A DNA stretch of 64,000 nt from Limnohabitans sp. Rim8 (GCF_945901735.1 NZ_CAMDLM010000019.1:8726-72725), one strand, 5' to 3'. Positions 8,602 through 18,415 are shown, counted from the first letter of the stretch. Made by a program: numbers and translations. The notes: generated from the sequence alone by a model not told the origin.

Positions 8602-9065
8602 GCGGCACCGCCTTTCTTCATGCTGGCCGCAGCGCGGTGGATGGCGGCGCGCACGCGCTGGTAAGTGCCGCAGCGGCACAGGTTGGTCATGGCGGCGTCA
8701 ATCTCAGCGTCGGTGGGCTTGGGATTTTTGTCCAGCAGGGCAGCTGCGGCCATCAGCATGCCGCTTTGGCAGTAGCCGCATTGGGGCACCTGCTCGGCAA
8801 TCCAAGCTGCTTGCAGCGGGTGAGGCTTTTCTGCCGTGCCCAAGGACTCGATGGTTTGGATCGCTTGGTTGGCTACAGCCGACACGGGCACCACACACGA
8901 GCGCACAGGCTGGCCGCCCACATGCACCGTGCAGGCCCCGCAAGCGGCGACGCCGCAGCCGAATTTGGTGCCCGTCAGGTTCATCTCGTCGCGCAGCACC
9001 CACAGCAAAGGCATGCTCGGGTCGGCGGTCGAGGTGCGGGTTTGGCCGTTGATGTTCAGTTGCAC
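8598..9065 (-). CDS. (2Fe-2S)-binding small subunit (IorA-like)
   Basis: GTG start. MQLNINGQ..., [11 protein letters not shown] and QCGYCQSGM are the two [2Fe-2S] cysteine motifs. Confidence 0.85.
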   Translation of the reverse strand: MQLNINGQTRTSTADPSMPLLWVLRDEMNLTGTKFGCGVAACGACTVHVGGQPVRSCVVPVSAVANQAIQTIESLGTAEKPHPLQAAWIAEQVPQCGYCQSGMLMAAAALLDKNPKPTDAEIDAAMTNLCRCGTYQRVRAAIHRAAASMKKGGAA

Positions 9066-9138
9066 GGTGATCTTTAGGAGTGTTGACGAGGCGTGATGTT
9101 AACGGCCCTGGACAGGTGTGCGCAGTGCGCAAGGGCTT

Positions 9139-9250
9139 TGTCTTTGTGAATGCGCTCTGCGAGCGCGATCAACCTCAGCTCATGCGCAGTCAGAGACCGC
9201 TCCCACCAGGCGCTGTCTTTGTAGGAGCGCTCTGCGAGCGCGATCTAACC
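9139..9250. repeat. two direct copies of a ~36-bp REP-like palindromic element
   Basis: Copy 1 at 9139-9174 reads TGTCTTTGTGAATGCGCTCTGCGAGCGCGATCAACC. Copy 2 at 9214-9250 reads TGTCTTTGTAGGAGCGCTCTGCGAGCGCGATCTAACC. The core hairpin is GCGCTC tgc GAGCGC. Confidence 0.8.
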
Positions 9251-9266
9251 CACAGTACCTTCACAG

Positions 9267-10184
9267 TCACAGCTGCGTGCGCAGTGTCCAAATTTCGGGG
9301 AACAGCACGGTGTCCAGCATCTTGCGCAGGTAGCTCACGCCGCCGGTGCCTCCGGTGCCGCGTTTGAAGCCGATCACGCGTTCCACCGTGGTCACATGCC
9401 GAAAGCGCCACAAGCGAAAAGCGTCTTCCAGATCGGTGAGTTCTTCCCCCAGTTGGTACAAGTCCCAGTGCTGCTGTGGGTTGCGGTAGACCACCAGCCA
9501 GGCGTCTTCGACCGCAACGCTGGCCGGGTAGGGCTGACGCCAGTCGCGCTCGGTGTGGCTGTCGGGTACGCCAAGGCCACGGCGTCTCAAGAGGCGCAAG
9601 CACTCGTCGTACAGCGATGGCTCTTCGTAAGCCGCTTGCACGACGGCCGACAGGTCGGGCCGGTGCGCGTGGGGCTGCAGCATGGCGGCGTTTTTGTTGC
9701 CCATCGCAAATTCGATGCAGCGGTATTGCCAGCTTTGGAAGCCGCTCGACTGCGCCAGGTAGGGGCGAATGGCGCTGTACTCGGGGGGCGTCATGGTGGC
9801 CAGCACGTCCCAGGCATGAACCAGCTGCTCCATGATGCGGCTGACGCGGGCGAGCTTTTTAAAGGCATCAGGCAATTGGTCTTGCGCGATGCCCGCCATG
9901 GCGGCCTTCAGCTCATGCAGCATCAGCTTCATCCACAACTCGCTGGTTTGGTGCTGCACGATGAACAGCATCTCGTTGTGGTCAGGCGAGAGCGGTTGTT
10001 GCGCGTTCAGGACGGCGTCGAGCTGCAGGTAGTCGCCATAACTCATGCGGCCGTCAAAGTCGAGCTGGGCTTTTTCTTCTTGCACAGTGCGCTCACCTGT
10101 GGCATCGCCTTCTGCGGCGCTGGCGCTGGCGCTCGCTGTGGTGGATGCGGATGCGGATGCTGAGGATAAAGGGCAGGAACTCAT
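9267..10184 (-). CDS. kynA: tryptophan 2,3-dioxygenase
   Basis: [28 protein letters not shown] and [10 protein letters not shown] are TDO signatures. The gene is last in the kynB-kynU-kynA string. Confidence 0.9.
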   Translation of the reverse strand: MSSCPLSSASASASTTASASASAAEGDATGERTVQEEKAQLDFDGRMSYGDYLQLDAVLNAQQPLSPDHNEMLFIVQHQTSELWMKLMLHELKAAMAGIAQDQLPDAFKKLARVSRIMEQLVHAWDVLATMTPPEYSAIRPYLAQSSGFQSWQYRCIEFAMGNKNAAMLQPHAHRPDLSAVVQAAYEEPSLYDECLRLLRRRGLGVPDSHTERDWRQPYPASVAVEDAWLVVYRNPQQHWDLYQLGEELTDLEDAFRLWRFRHVTTVERVIGFKRGTGGTGGVSYLRKMLDTVLFPEIWTLRTQL

Positions 10185-10194
10185 TGCAGGCCTT

Positions 10195-11481
10195 TCATGT
10201 CACGGCGTTCTTTTGGGCAAAGCGAGCGTCTTGCCATTCGCCGCTTTCCATGACTTGGACCAAGTGATCTGCAGCGTGCCACACATCGGCGTAACCGATG
10301 TACAGCGGTGTGAAGCCAAAGCGCAGGATGTCCGGGTGCTGGCCGCCGTCGCCCGCACGAAAGTCGCCGATCACACCGCGTGCGATCAGGGCCTGTACGA
10401 TGGCGTAAGCGCCAGCGGCTCGGGTCAGGCTCACTTGTGAGCCGCGCAGGGCTTCTTCGGCCGGTGTGGCGATGCCAAAGCCGTGGCCGTGCAAGCGCGT
10501 GCTCACCAGCTGCATGAACAGGCCCGTGAGCGCCAGTGATTTTTGGCGCAGTGCGGTCATGCCACCCAGCGCTTCGGCACTCAAAAAAGCGTCCAGACCG
10601 CAGTCAAGGGCCGTGAGGCTCAAGATGGGCTGGGTGCCGCACTGGTAGCGGGTGATGCCTTTCGCTGGCTGGTAATCGGGGGTGAAGGCAAAGGGTGCAG
10701 CGTGGCCCCACCAACCGGCCAGCGGTTGCCAAAAGCGGTCGGTATGCTTGGGGTGTACCCACACAAAAGCCGGTGCGCCGGGGCCGCCGTTCAAGTATTT
10801 GTAGCCGCAGCCCACCGCAAAGTCGGCCCCTGAGCCGTTCAGGTCAACGGGCACCGCGCCAGTGCTGTGCGCCAAATCCCACACCGTCAGGATGCCTTGG
10901 GCGCGGGCCTGTGCGGTGACGGCCTGCATGTCGTGCATGGCGCCGGTGCGGTAGTTCACATGGGTGAGCATGAGCACCGCCACATCGGCTTGAAGGGCGG
11001 CGGGGATCTCGTCGGCTTCGACCAGTTGCAGGGCGTAGCCGCGCTCTTTGCACAGGGCTTCGGCGATGTAGAGATCCGTGGGAAAGTTGCTGCGTTCGCT
11101 GACAATTTTGGTTTTGTGCGGGTGGTCGGCGGCAGCGATGTGCAGCGCGGCGGCCAGCACCTTGAACAGGTTGATCGAGGTGCTGTCAGCGGCGATGACT
11201 TCGCCTGCTTGGGCACCGATGACACGGGCGATTTTGTCGCCCACGCGCTGGGGCAGGGTGAACCAGCCTGCGGTATTCCAGCTCTTGATCAGGTCTTGCC
11301 CCCATTCGTGGGTGACAGCATGGGCCACGCGAGCCGGGGCGGTTTTGGGCAGCACGCCCAGCGAGTTGCCGTCGAGGTAGATCACACCTTGGGGCAGTTC
11401 AAATTGATCACGCAACGATCGCAGCGGGTCTTGCGCGTCCAGCAGTTCGCAGTCTTGCAAGGTGGGGGTGAGGTTCATCAT
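10195..11481 (-). CDS. kynU: kynureninase
   Basis: IYLDGNSLG and [16 protein letters not shown] (PLP-lysine region). I chose ATG 11481; the track start at 11508 is TTG and overlaps the kynB stop. Confidence 0.9.
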   Translation of the reverse strand: MMNLTPTLQDCELLDAQDPLRSLRDQFELPQGVIYLDGNSLGVLPKTAPARVAHAVTHEWGQDLIKSWNTAGWFTLPQRVGDKIARVIGAQAGEVIAADSTSINLFKVLAAALHIAAADHPHKTKIVSERSNFPTDLYIAEALCKERGYALQLVEADEIPAALQADVAVLMLTHVNYRTGAMHDMQAVTAQARAQGILTVWDLAHSTGAVPVDLNGSGADFAVGCGYKYLNGGPGAPAFVWVHPKHTDRFWQPLAGWWGHAAPFAFTPDYQPAKGITRYQCGTQPILSLTALDCGLDAFLSAEALGGMTALRQKSLALTGLFMQLVSTRLHGHGFGIATPAEEALRGSQVSLTRAAGAYAIVQALIARGVIGDFRAGDGGQHPDILRFGFTPLYIGYADVWHAADHLVQVMESGEWQDARFAQKNAVT

Positions 11482-11504
11482 GGAGGCTTGTTCCTGAATG
11501 GTTT

Positions 11505-12143
11505 TCAAAGTTCGCGCAAGACTGCACGCACTGGACTGGCGTCGGCGGTCATGAGTTTGAGGGGCAGGGCGATCAGCTCGTAATCGCCTTCAGGCACCTC
11601 GTCGAGCAGCAGGTTTTCCAGCACGCGCAAACCGCGCTGGCGGATGACTTGGTGGCTGGGCAACTGCTTGCTGTCGGCCGGGTCAATGCTGGCGCTGTCG
11701 GTGCCGATCAGAAGCACGCCCAGATCGGCCAGGTGCAGCACGCAGGCGGGGTCAAAACCGGTGAGCTGGGTGTCGAACTGCGCGTGCGGAAACTGGCGAT
11801 AAGTGCGCACCAGTACCCTTGGGGGCAAATCGGCCAGCGCGTGCTGTAAGTGTGCAAGGGTGATCAGCGGGCCAGCGTCCAGCGCATGGATCACGCGGCA
11901 GTGGCCCAGAAACGGAGCCAGGTCGAGCATGCCTACCGATGCACCTTGCGGCTCGTAGTGCAGCGGCGCATCGGCGTGTGCGCCCGCATGGGGCGACATC
12001 GTGATGGCGCTCACGTTAACGGGGCAGGTGTCCGACAGCGTGGCCGCCCATTGCTGAGTGTAAGGCGTGTCGCCCGGAAACACCGGGCTGCTGGCCTGCA
12101 CAGGCGGGGAAATATCCCAAAGTTTGTCCCAAAGTTTTTTCAT
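11505..12143 (-). CDS. kynB: kynurenine formamidase (cyclase family)
   Basis: ATG 12143 (MKKLWD...). MSPHAGAHADAPLHY matches the HxGTHxDxPxH-type metal motif. The gene is adjacent to kynU and kynA. Confidence 0.85.
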   Translation of the reverse strand: MKKLWDKLWDISPPVQASSPVFPGDTPYTQQWAATLSDTCPVNVSAITMSPHAGAHADAPLHYEPQGASVGMLDLAPFLGHCRVIHALDAGPLITLAHLQHALADLPPRVLVRTYRQFPHAQFDTQLTGFDPACVLHLADLGVLLIGTDSASIDPADSKQLPSHQVIRQRGLRVLENLLLDEVPEGDYELIALPLKLMTADASPVRAVLREL

Positions 12144-12205
12144 CGTGTGCGAAGGTAGCACCCCACAAAAACCGTGGTGTCGGTTATTTCCAACACCCGT
12201 GAAAT

Positions 12206-12514
12206 TCAGGCGTTCAGCGCTGGCAGGCCATGGCGGCGGCGGGCTTGTTCGCAGGCGGGGCTGCCTTCTTCAAACTCTCGGCAGGGCGAGGGCCGCCATT
12301 CGTAGATGCCGCAAATGGCTTTTTCGCCCGTTTTGCCATAAAGCGCTGCGCAGCGCGGCGGGCTGTGGTCGGTGCCGCGCATGCGGCAGGTGTGTTTGTT
12401 GATGGGCGAGGCCAGACCTGCCGGCACATCGCCACCGCCTTCTTCGAACTCGTGCACAGAAAAGTCCACCCGAAAGCTCACGCAGCAAGCGCCGCAGGTG
12501 GTGCAGTTAGACAT
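12206..12514 (-). CDS. YkgJ-family cysteine-cluster protein
   Basis: ATG 12514 gives MSNCTTCGACCVSFRV (CxxCxxCC), and a second cysteine cluster CGIYEWRPSPC follows. Confidence 0.7.
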   Translation of the reverse strand: MSNCTTCGACCVSFRVDFSVHEFEEGGGDVPAGLASPINKHTCRMRGTDHSPPRCAALYGKTGEKAICGIYEWRPSPCREFEEGSPACEQARRRHGLPALNA

Positions 12515-12562
12515 GGGGTCAAAAGAGGGGGGTGGACACCGGATCAAGTCCGGGGTGAAGGA

Positions 12563-13498
12563 TCAGGCTTTCACGTGGCCTAAGAGCAAAAACTCCATGA
12601 GGGCTTTTTGCACATGCAGGCGGTTCTCGGCTTCGTCCCACACGACCGATTGCGGGCCGTCGATGACTTCGGCGCTGACTTCTTCACCCCGATGCGCGGG
12701 CAGGCAGTGCATGAACAGGGCGTCGGGCTGGGCCGCTTGCATCATGACTTCGTCCACGCACCAATCGGCAAAGGCTTTTTTCCGGGCTTCGTTTTCGGCT
12801 TCAAAGCCCATGCTGGTCCACACGTCGGTGGTGACCAGGTCGGCACCGCGGCAGGCGTCTTCGGGGTCTTTGAAGATTTTGTAGCTGTCGGCGCTGCGCA
12901 AACCGGCCACGGCTTGGTCCACCTCGTAGCCGCTCGGGGTGCTCAGGTGCACCGTGAAGCCCAGCAACTCGGCCGCTTGCAGCCAGGTGTTGGCCATGTT
13001 GTTGCCGTCGCCTACCCAAGCCACTGTCTTGCCTTTGATGTCACCCCGGTGTTCGATGAAGGTGAAGATGTCGGCCAGGATTTGGCAGGGATGGAATTCG
13101 TTGGTCAGGCCGTTGATGACCGGCACACGCGAGTGCGAGGCAAAGCGCACGATTTTGTCTTGTCCGTACGTGCGGATCATGACGATGTCGGTCATGCGGC
13201 TGATCACGCGGGCGCTGTCTTCGATGGGCTCAGAGCGGCCCAGTTGGCTGTCGCCGGTAGTCAGGTGCACCACCGAGCCGCCGAGCTGGTACATGCCCGC
13301 TTCAAAGCTCACGCGGGTGCGGGTGCTGGCTTTTTCAAAAATCATCGCCAGTGTGCGGTCGACCAGCGGGTGGTATTTTTCGTAGGCCTTGAACTTGCGC
13401 TTGATTTCGGCGGCACGTGCAAACACATGCGCGTACTCTTCAGCCGACAGGTCGGAGAACTGCAGGTAGTGCCGCACGGGCGCTGGGGAGGTGTTCAT
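12563..13498 (-). CDS. argF: ornithine carbamoyltransferase
   Basis: ATG 13498 overlaps the argD stop (ATGA). Motifs STRTRVSFE, HPCQILAD and HCLPAHRGEE. Confidence 0.92.
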   Translation of the reverse strand: MNTSPAPVRHYLQFSDLSAEEYAHVFARAAEIKRKFKAYEKYHPLVDRTLAMIFEKASTRTRVSFEAGMYQLGGSVVHLTTGDSQLGRSEPIEDSARVISRMTDIVMIRTYGQDKIVRFASHSRVPVINGLTNEFHPCQILADIFTFIEHRGDIKGKTVAWVGDGNNMANTWLQAAELLGFTVHLSTPSGYEVDQAVAGLRSADSYKIFKDPEDACRGADLVTTDVWTSMGFEAENEARKKAFADWCVDEVMMQAAQPDALFMHCLPAHRGEEVSAEVIDGPQSVVWDEAENRLHVQKALMEFLLLGHVKA

Positions 13499-14697
13499 GG
13501 CGAATCTGCCAAAAAAGTCTTGATCAGGGGTACCAAAATGGCGACCACTTCGTCGGCTTCGGCCTCGGTCATGACCAGCGGCGGCACCAAGCGGATCACG
13601 CTGTCGGCCGTCACGCTCAGCAGCAGGCCGGCTTCGGCGGCCCGTGTCCAAATGGCGCCACAAGGACGGTCCAGCTCGATGCCCAGCATCAGGCCTTGGC
13701 CCCGGATTTCCTTGACGCCTTGAACCCCGGCCAGGGCTTTTTCAAGGGCGCCGCGCAAATGGTCACCTACCCGTGCAGCATTGGCCATCAGGCCATCTTT
13801 TTCCATGATGCGGATGGTCTCAACCCCGGCGCGCATGGCCAGCGGGTTGCCGCCAAACGTGGTGCCGTGGTTGCCGGGCTGGAAAATGTGGGCGGCTTTA
13901 GGGCCCGCCACCACCGCGCCGATGGGCACGCCCGAGCCCAGGCCCTTGGCCAGCGGCATCACATCCGGCAAGATGCCTGCCCACTGGTGGGCAAACCACT
14001 TGCCGGTGCGGCCCATGCCGCACTGCACCTCGTCGATCATCATCAGCCAGTCTTGTTGGTCGCACAGGGCGCGCACTTGCTGCAGGTATTCGATCCGCAT
14101 AGGGTTGATGCCACCTTCGCCCTGAATCGTTTCCATGAACACCGCCACCACGTTCGGGTTGCCTGCGGTGGCTTTTTTCAGGGCTTCAATGTCGTTGACC
14201 GGCACGCGCAAAAAGCCGTCGAGCATGGGGCCGAAACCTTTTTTCAGCTTCTCGTTGGCCGTGGCGCTCAGGGTGGCGATGCTGCGGCCGTGGAAGGCTT
14301 TTTCGTAAACCACGATCTCGGGTTTGTCGATGCCCTTGTCGTGACCGTATTTGCGCGCCAGTTTGATGGCCGCCTCGTTGGCTTCCAGGCCCGTGCAGCA
14401 GAAAAACACATTCGTCATGCCCGACAACTCGACCAACTTGGCCGCCAGCACTTCGGCGTTGGGCACATGGAAGTAGTTGCAGCTGTGGATCATCTTGGCC
14501 AGCTGGTCCTGCAGCGCAGGTACCAGATCGGGGTGGTTGTGACCCAGGGTGTTCACGGCAATACCGGCCAATGCGTCGAGGTACTCCTTGCCATTGACGT
14601 CCCAGACTCGGCAACCTTGACCATGGCTGAGTGCGATCGGCAGTCGGCCGTAGGTGTTCATGGTGTGCGGTGAGGCGGCTTCAATGTGAGCGGTCAT
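13495..14697 (-). CDS. argD: acetylornithine aminotransferase (class III aminotransferase)
   Basis: TYGRLPIALSHGQG, GNHGTTFGGNPLA and DEVQCGMGRTGK. The gene is translationally coupled to argF. Confidence 0.88.
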   Translation of the reverse strand: MTAHIEAASPHTMNTYGRLPIALSHGQGCRVWDVNGKEYLDALAGIAVNTLGHNHPDLVPALQDQLAKMIHSCNYFHVPNAEVLAAKLVELSGMTNVFFCCTGLEANEAAIKLARKYGHDKGIDKPEIVVYEKAFHGRSIATLSATANEKLKKGFGPMLDGFLRVPVNDIEALKKATAGNPNVVAVFMETIQGEGGINPMRIEYLQQVRALCDQQDWLMMIDEVQCGMGRTGKWFAHQWAGILPDVMPLAKGLGSGVPIGAVVAGPKAAHIFQPGNHGTTFGGNPLAMRAGVETIRIMEKDGLMANAARVGDHLRGALEKALAGVQGVKEIRGQGLMLGIELDRPCGAIWTRAAEAGLLLSVTADSVIRLVPPLVMTEAEADEVVAILVPLIKTFLADSP

Positions 14698-14907
14698 GCG
14701 TGAACTCCGAAAATAAAAAGCGGCTCAACATCCAGAGCCGTTGGAGTGAGATTTTAGAGCCAGAAAGGGCGGGGGACGGCCTGTTCTTTCCAGCCTTTCG
14801 CCAATGGGGTTTGAATGGCTTAGAGTCTTATATAAGATAGAATACTTGGGTAAACCTGTGGGTGGCGATCCCGCGCTGCGGGGCCGATTGATCCACACCT
14901 CTATCCG

Positions 14908-15228
14908 ATGGTTTCCAACAACGCCAAAGAAGTTTTCATCCAGGGCATCACCCAGGACGGCAAGCCTTTCAGGCCCAGCGACTGGGCCGAACGCCTGGCA
15001 GGCGTCATGAGCCAGTTCCGTCCCGGCGGCGCTGTTCCGGGCAGCCACTTGAGTTATTCGCCTTGGTGCATTCCCACCACGCTGGCTGGCGTCAAGTGCG
15101 TCATCGTGAACCACGATCTGCGCGAGGACAACGTCATGGCCTGGGATTTCGTGATGAACTTTGCGCGCGACAACGGCTTGCAAGTGGCTGAAGCCTTTTT
15201 GATGCCCGACCCACCCCCCAAAAAATAA
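14908..15228 (+). CDS. DUF3579-like small protein
   Basis: 106 aa. GITQDGKPFRPSDWAERLAGV...YSPW...GVKCVIV...FARDNGL resembles the betaproteobacterial DUF3579 family as I recall it. Codon usage is native. Confidence 0.6.
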   Translation: MVSNNAKEVFIQGITQDGKPFRPSDWAERLAGVMSQFRPGGAVPGSHLSYSPWCIPTTLAGVKCVIVNHDLREDNVMAWDFVMNFARDNGLQVAEAFLMPDPPPKK

Positions 15229-15241
15229 GACCCATGAACCA

Positions 15242-15266
15242 ACCGCCTCCAAGGGCGGTTTTTTAT
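15242..15266 (+). terminator. rho-independent terminator (predicted) of the DUF3579 gene
   Basis: ACCGCC tccaag GGCGGT followed by TTTTTATTT. Confidence 0.75.
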
Positions 15267-15285
15267 TTCCAGTTCGTGCAGCCGG

Positions 15286-15354
15286 GGCAGGACATGGGTG
15301 GGTGACGATTTTTGCGAGCGAAGCGAGTCGTGAGGAACCCGCCCATGCCCTGCC
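15286..15354. other. long imperfect hairpin / palindromic element between two convergent terminators
   Basis: The arms are GGCAGGACATGGGTGGGT (15286-15303) and ACCCGCCCATGCCCTGCC (15337-15354). They give 16 Watson-Crick pairs, 1 G-U and 1 mismatch. The interior contains an ACGA/TCGT pairing. Confidence 0.7.
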
Positions 15355-15378
15355 TCCGGCGGATGACGAGCGCCCATG

Positions 15379-15410
15379 AAAAAACCGCCGTTGGTTTGCA
15401 CCAGGGCGGT
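15379..15410 (-). terminator. rho-independent terminator (predicted) of rpsT
   Basis: The minus strand reads AACCGCC ctggtgcaaaccaac GGCGGTT followed by TTTTTC. Confidence 0.7.
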
Positions 15411-15490
15411 TCAGTTTTCGCGGACAGCGCACCCGTTTCAAACGGCAGCGAGGACAAGGCCTCGCCGGGCTGTTGATCTGGTGGAGCGGA

Positions 15491-15805
15491 TCAGGCTGCA
15501 GCAGGCGCTGCGGCAAGGGCCAAAGTCTTGACTTTGGCGCTCAGGCGGCTCTTGTCACGAGCGGCCTTGTTTTTATGGAAGATGCCCTTGTCGGCAATGA
15601 TGTCCACCACGGTTTGCATTTTGGCAAACAACTCGGTGGCTTTGGACTTGTCGCCGGCTGCAACGGCTTTTTCGACGTTTTTCACAGCAGTGCGGTATTT
15701 CGAGCGCAGCGAAGAGTTCGCGGCGTTGATTTTGACGTCTTGACGGACGCGTTTACGACCGGATGCAAGACGGGGGTTTTTCTTTTTGGGTTTAGCGGAT
15801 GCCAT
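15491..15805 (-). CDS. rpsT: 30S ribosomal protein S20
   Basis: [47 protein letters not shown] is unmistakably S20. Confidence 0.95.
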   Translation of the reverse strand: MASAKPKKKNPRLASGRKRVRQDVKINAANSSLRSKYRTAVKNVEKAVAAGDKSKATELFAKMQTVVDIIADKGIFHKNKAARDKSRLSAKVKTLALAAAPAAA

Positions 15806-15978
15806 ATATAAGTTCTTTCAGTGTCTGAGGATGATGTCCAGCGAACCGAGCATTCTAGCAGACCTGCAGCGGGTGTCCGGCGCCGCTGAATGAGCGCCAG
15901 CCCGGGCCTGCGCGCCAATCCCCGCCGCAGCCATGGCCTTGCGGGTCAGTCAGGAAGTGGCCGCTACACTCGCCCTCT

Positions 15979-17544
15979 GTGAGCCTCCTCCGTTCTGCCT
16001 CCGTCGTGTCGATTTTTACCCTGGCCTCCCGGGTCTCGGGTTTGGTGCGCGAGTTGCTTATCGCCTCTATCTTCGGGGCCAGCGCCTTGACCGATGCCTT
16101 CAATGTGGCTTTTCGCATTCCCAACCTGTTTAGGCGCTTGTTTGCCGAAGGGGCCTTCAGCCAGGCCTTTGTACCGGTGCTGGCCGCCAGCCGCGCCCAG
16201 CATGGCGACGAGGCCACCAAGGAGGTGATCGACAGCGTGGCCACAGCCTTGGCTTGGTCGGTGCTGGTTTTGTCCTTGGTGGGGGTGTTGGCTTCGCCTT
16301 GGTTGGTGTGGGCGCTGGCCAGTGGCCTGCAGCAAGATGCCCGGGGTTATGGCGCAGCGGTGAACATGACGCGCTGGATGTTCCCCTACATCGCCTTCAT
16401 GTCCATGGTGGCGCTGTCGGCTGGCATTTTGAACACTTGGAAACGTTTTGCTGTGCCCGCAGCCACGCCGGTGCTGCTGAATGTGAGCGTGATTGCCGCC
16501 ACTTGGTTTTTGTCGCCTTGGTTCGCCAAGCACGGCGTGGAGGCCATCTATGCCTTGCCCGTGGGGGTGATGGTGGGCGGGGCGCTGCAGTTGGCGGTGC
16601 AGATTCCGGCCTTGGCCCGGCTGGGTTTGCTGCCCCGCCTGGGCGTGCGGCCCCGCGCTGTCAAAAAGGCCTGGACCAACCCCGCCACCTTGAATATCCT
16701 GCGCCTGATGGGACCGGCTTTGCTGGGCGTGGGCGTAGCCCAAATTTCCTTGCTCATCAACACCCAGATCGCCTCTTACATGGCCCCGGGCAGCGTCAGC
16801 TGGCTCACCTATGCCGACCGTTTGATGGAGTTCCCGACAGCCATTTTGGGTGTGGCGCTGGGCGTGGTGCTGATGCCGCAGCTGGCGGCCGCCAAAGCCA
16901 CAGGCGACACGGAACGGTATGCCGCCATGCTGGACTGGGGGTTGCGCATGGTGTTGCTGCTGGCTTTGCCCTGTGCGGCGGCTTTGCTGGTGTTTGCGCA
17001 GCCGCTGGTGTCGGTGCTCTACCACTATGGGGCCTTCACCGACCGCGATGTGCAGCAAACCACTTTGGCACTGACGGGCTATGGCGTGGGCTTGCTGGGC
17101 CTGGTGGCCATCAAGGTGCTGGCCCCGGGTTACTACGCCAGCCAGGACATCCGCACACCGGTGCGCATCGCGGTGGTGGTGCTGGTGCTCACGCAGGTTT
17201 TCAACGTCATTTTGGTGCCTTATCTGGCCCACGCCGGGCTGGCGCTGTCTATTGGCTTGGGTGCTTTGGTCAATGCCTTGTGGCTGCTGGTGGGCCTGCT
17301 GCGCCGGGGCAGTTACAAGCCGCAGCCGGGTTGGTGGCGTTTTGGCTTGCAGGTGCTGCTGGCAACCGCCTTGTTGACGGCCTTGCTGTTGTTCGCTGCG
17401 AACCATTTGCCTTGGGTGGCCATGCGCCAAGAGGCTTGGCTGCGCATCGGCTGTATGGTGGCGGTTTTGGCGGGCTCTGCCTTGCTTTATTTTGGTGTGT
17501 TGTGGGCCACGGGTTTGCGGCTCAAGGCCTTTCTCAAGCGTTGA
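15979..17544 (+). CDS. murJ: lipid II flippase MurJ (MviN)
   Basis: GTG start. SIFTLASRVSGLVRELLIASIFGASALTDAFNVAFRIPNLFRRLFAEGAFSQAFVPVL is the canonical MurJ N-terminus. The protein is polytopic. Confidence 0.92.
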   Translation: MSLLRSASVVSIFTLASRVSGLVRELLIASIFGASALTDAFNVAFRIPNLFRRLFAEGAFSQAFVPVLAASRAQHGDEATKEVIDSVATALAWSVLVLSLVGVLASPWLVWALASGLQQDARGYGAAVNMTRWMFPYIAFMSMVALSAGILNTWKRFAVPAATPVLLNVSVIAATWFLSPWFAKHGVEAIYALPVGVMVGGALQLAVQIPALARLGLLPRLGVRPRAVKKAWTNPATLNILRLMGPALLGVGVAQISLLINTQIASYMAPGSVSWLTYADRLMEFPTAILGVALGVVLMPQLAAAKATGDTERYAAMLDWGLRMVLLLALPCAAALLVFAQPLVSVLYHYGAFTDRDVQQTTLALTGYGVGLLGLVAIKVLAPGYYASQDIRTPVRIAVVVLVLTQVFNVILVPYLAHAGLALSIGLGALVNALWLLVGLLRRGSYKPQPGWWRFGLQVLLATALLTALLLFAANHLPWVAMRQEAWLRIGCMVAVLAGSALLYFGVLWATGLRLKAFLKR

Positions 17545-17554
17545 ACCCTTCCAC

Positions 17555-18415
17555 ATGACTTTTAACCTCTCCCCCCCGACCCCGCTGAGTTACTTTGCCA
17601 GCTTGGTGCAAAGCGACGAGCAGTTCCCCTTGCTGGAGGCTGCGGCCAGTTTGGCGCAGGATGAAGAACCCACGCTGGATGTGCAACAGGTGCTCGACGA
17701 TGTGGCGCGCTTGGTCAAAAGGGTGACGGCGCGCATGCCCGAGGCGGCCGATGACCTGACCCGATTGGCCATCTTGACGCAGGTGTTTTACAAAGACCTG
17801 GGTTTTGGAATGAATGCCAACGACTATTACGCCCCGGAGAACAGCTACATTTTTGACGTGTTGCGCACGCGCCGGGGGATTCCGATTTCACTGGCGGTGA
17901 TTTGGTTGGAGCTGGCCCAAGCCCTGGACTTGCAGGCGCAAGGCATTTCCTTTCCAGGCCATTTTTTGGTGAAAGTGGCGCTGGAGGGTGGCTTGGTGGT
18001 GCTGGACCCGCTCACGGGCGAGTCTTTGGGGTTGGACAATTTGTCAGAGCGGCTGAGCCCTTACAGGGCACCCGAAGACCAGTTCGCTGCCCCCGACTTG
18101 GACGAGGGCGAAACCCCTTTGGGCTTGTATTTGCAAGGCTGCCCGCCCCGCGACATGCTGGCCCGCATGTTGCGCAACCTGAAAGAGATTTTTCGCTCGC
18201 AAGAAGACTGGCCCCGCATGTTGCAGGTGCTTGACCGGTTGGTGGTTTTGCTGCCCGAAGCTTGGGACGAGCGACGCGACCGGGGCCTGGTGCATGCCGA
18301 GTTGGGGCATGTGCACGAGGCCTTGCAGGACCTGAGGCAGTATTTGGAGGCCGTGCCGGCAGCGCCCGACACAGCGGCGCTGCGCAACCGGGTCAGCGAG
18401 CTTTCGGCGCTTTGA
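17555..18415 (+). CDS. SirB1-like transglutaminase-like / TPR protein (UPF0162 type)
   Basis: ATG 17555. The N-terminal transglutaminase-like region reads YYAPENSYIFDVLRTRRGIPISLAVIWLELA. The C-terminal part is TPR-like. Confidence 0.6.
   Translation: MTFNLSPPTPLSYFASLVQSDEQFPLLEAAASLAQDEEPTLDVQQVLDDVARLVKRVTARMPEAADDLTRLAILTQVFYKDLGFGMNANDYYAPENSYIFDVLRTRRGIPISLAVIWLELAQALDLQAQGISFPGHFLVKVALEGGLVVLDPLTGESLGLDNLSERLSPYRAPEDQFAAPDLDEGETPLGLYLQGCPPRDMLARMLRNLKEIFRSQEDWPRMLQVLDRLVVLLPEAWDERRDRGLVHAELGHVHEALQDLRQYLEAVPAAPDTAALRNRVSELSAL

Noticed and set aside
8602-8679. N-terminal extensions proposed by the ORF track here, and likewise at 13499-13663, 19530-19667, 34294-34470, 55511-55864, 26150-26248, 53690-53926 and 58118-58429
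   Set aside because: The internal ATG starts give family-typical N-termini, RBSs or ATGA stop/start overlaps with the upstream gene. The extensions are Arg/Pro-rich and overlap neighbouring genes.
15964-17556. 530-aa minus-strand ORF and the 434-aa out-of-frame plus ORF (16254..17558)
   Set aside because: Both overlap murJ completely. Their products are Gln/His/Arg/Gly-rich with no membrane or domain features, whereas murJ has the canonical N-terminus.
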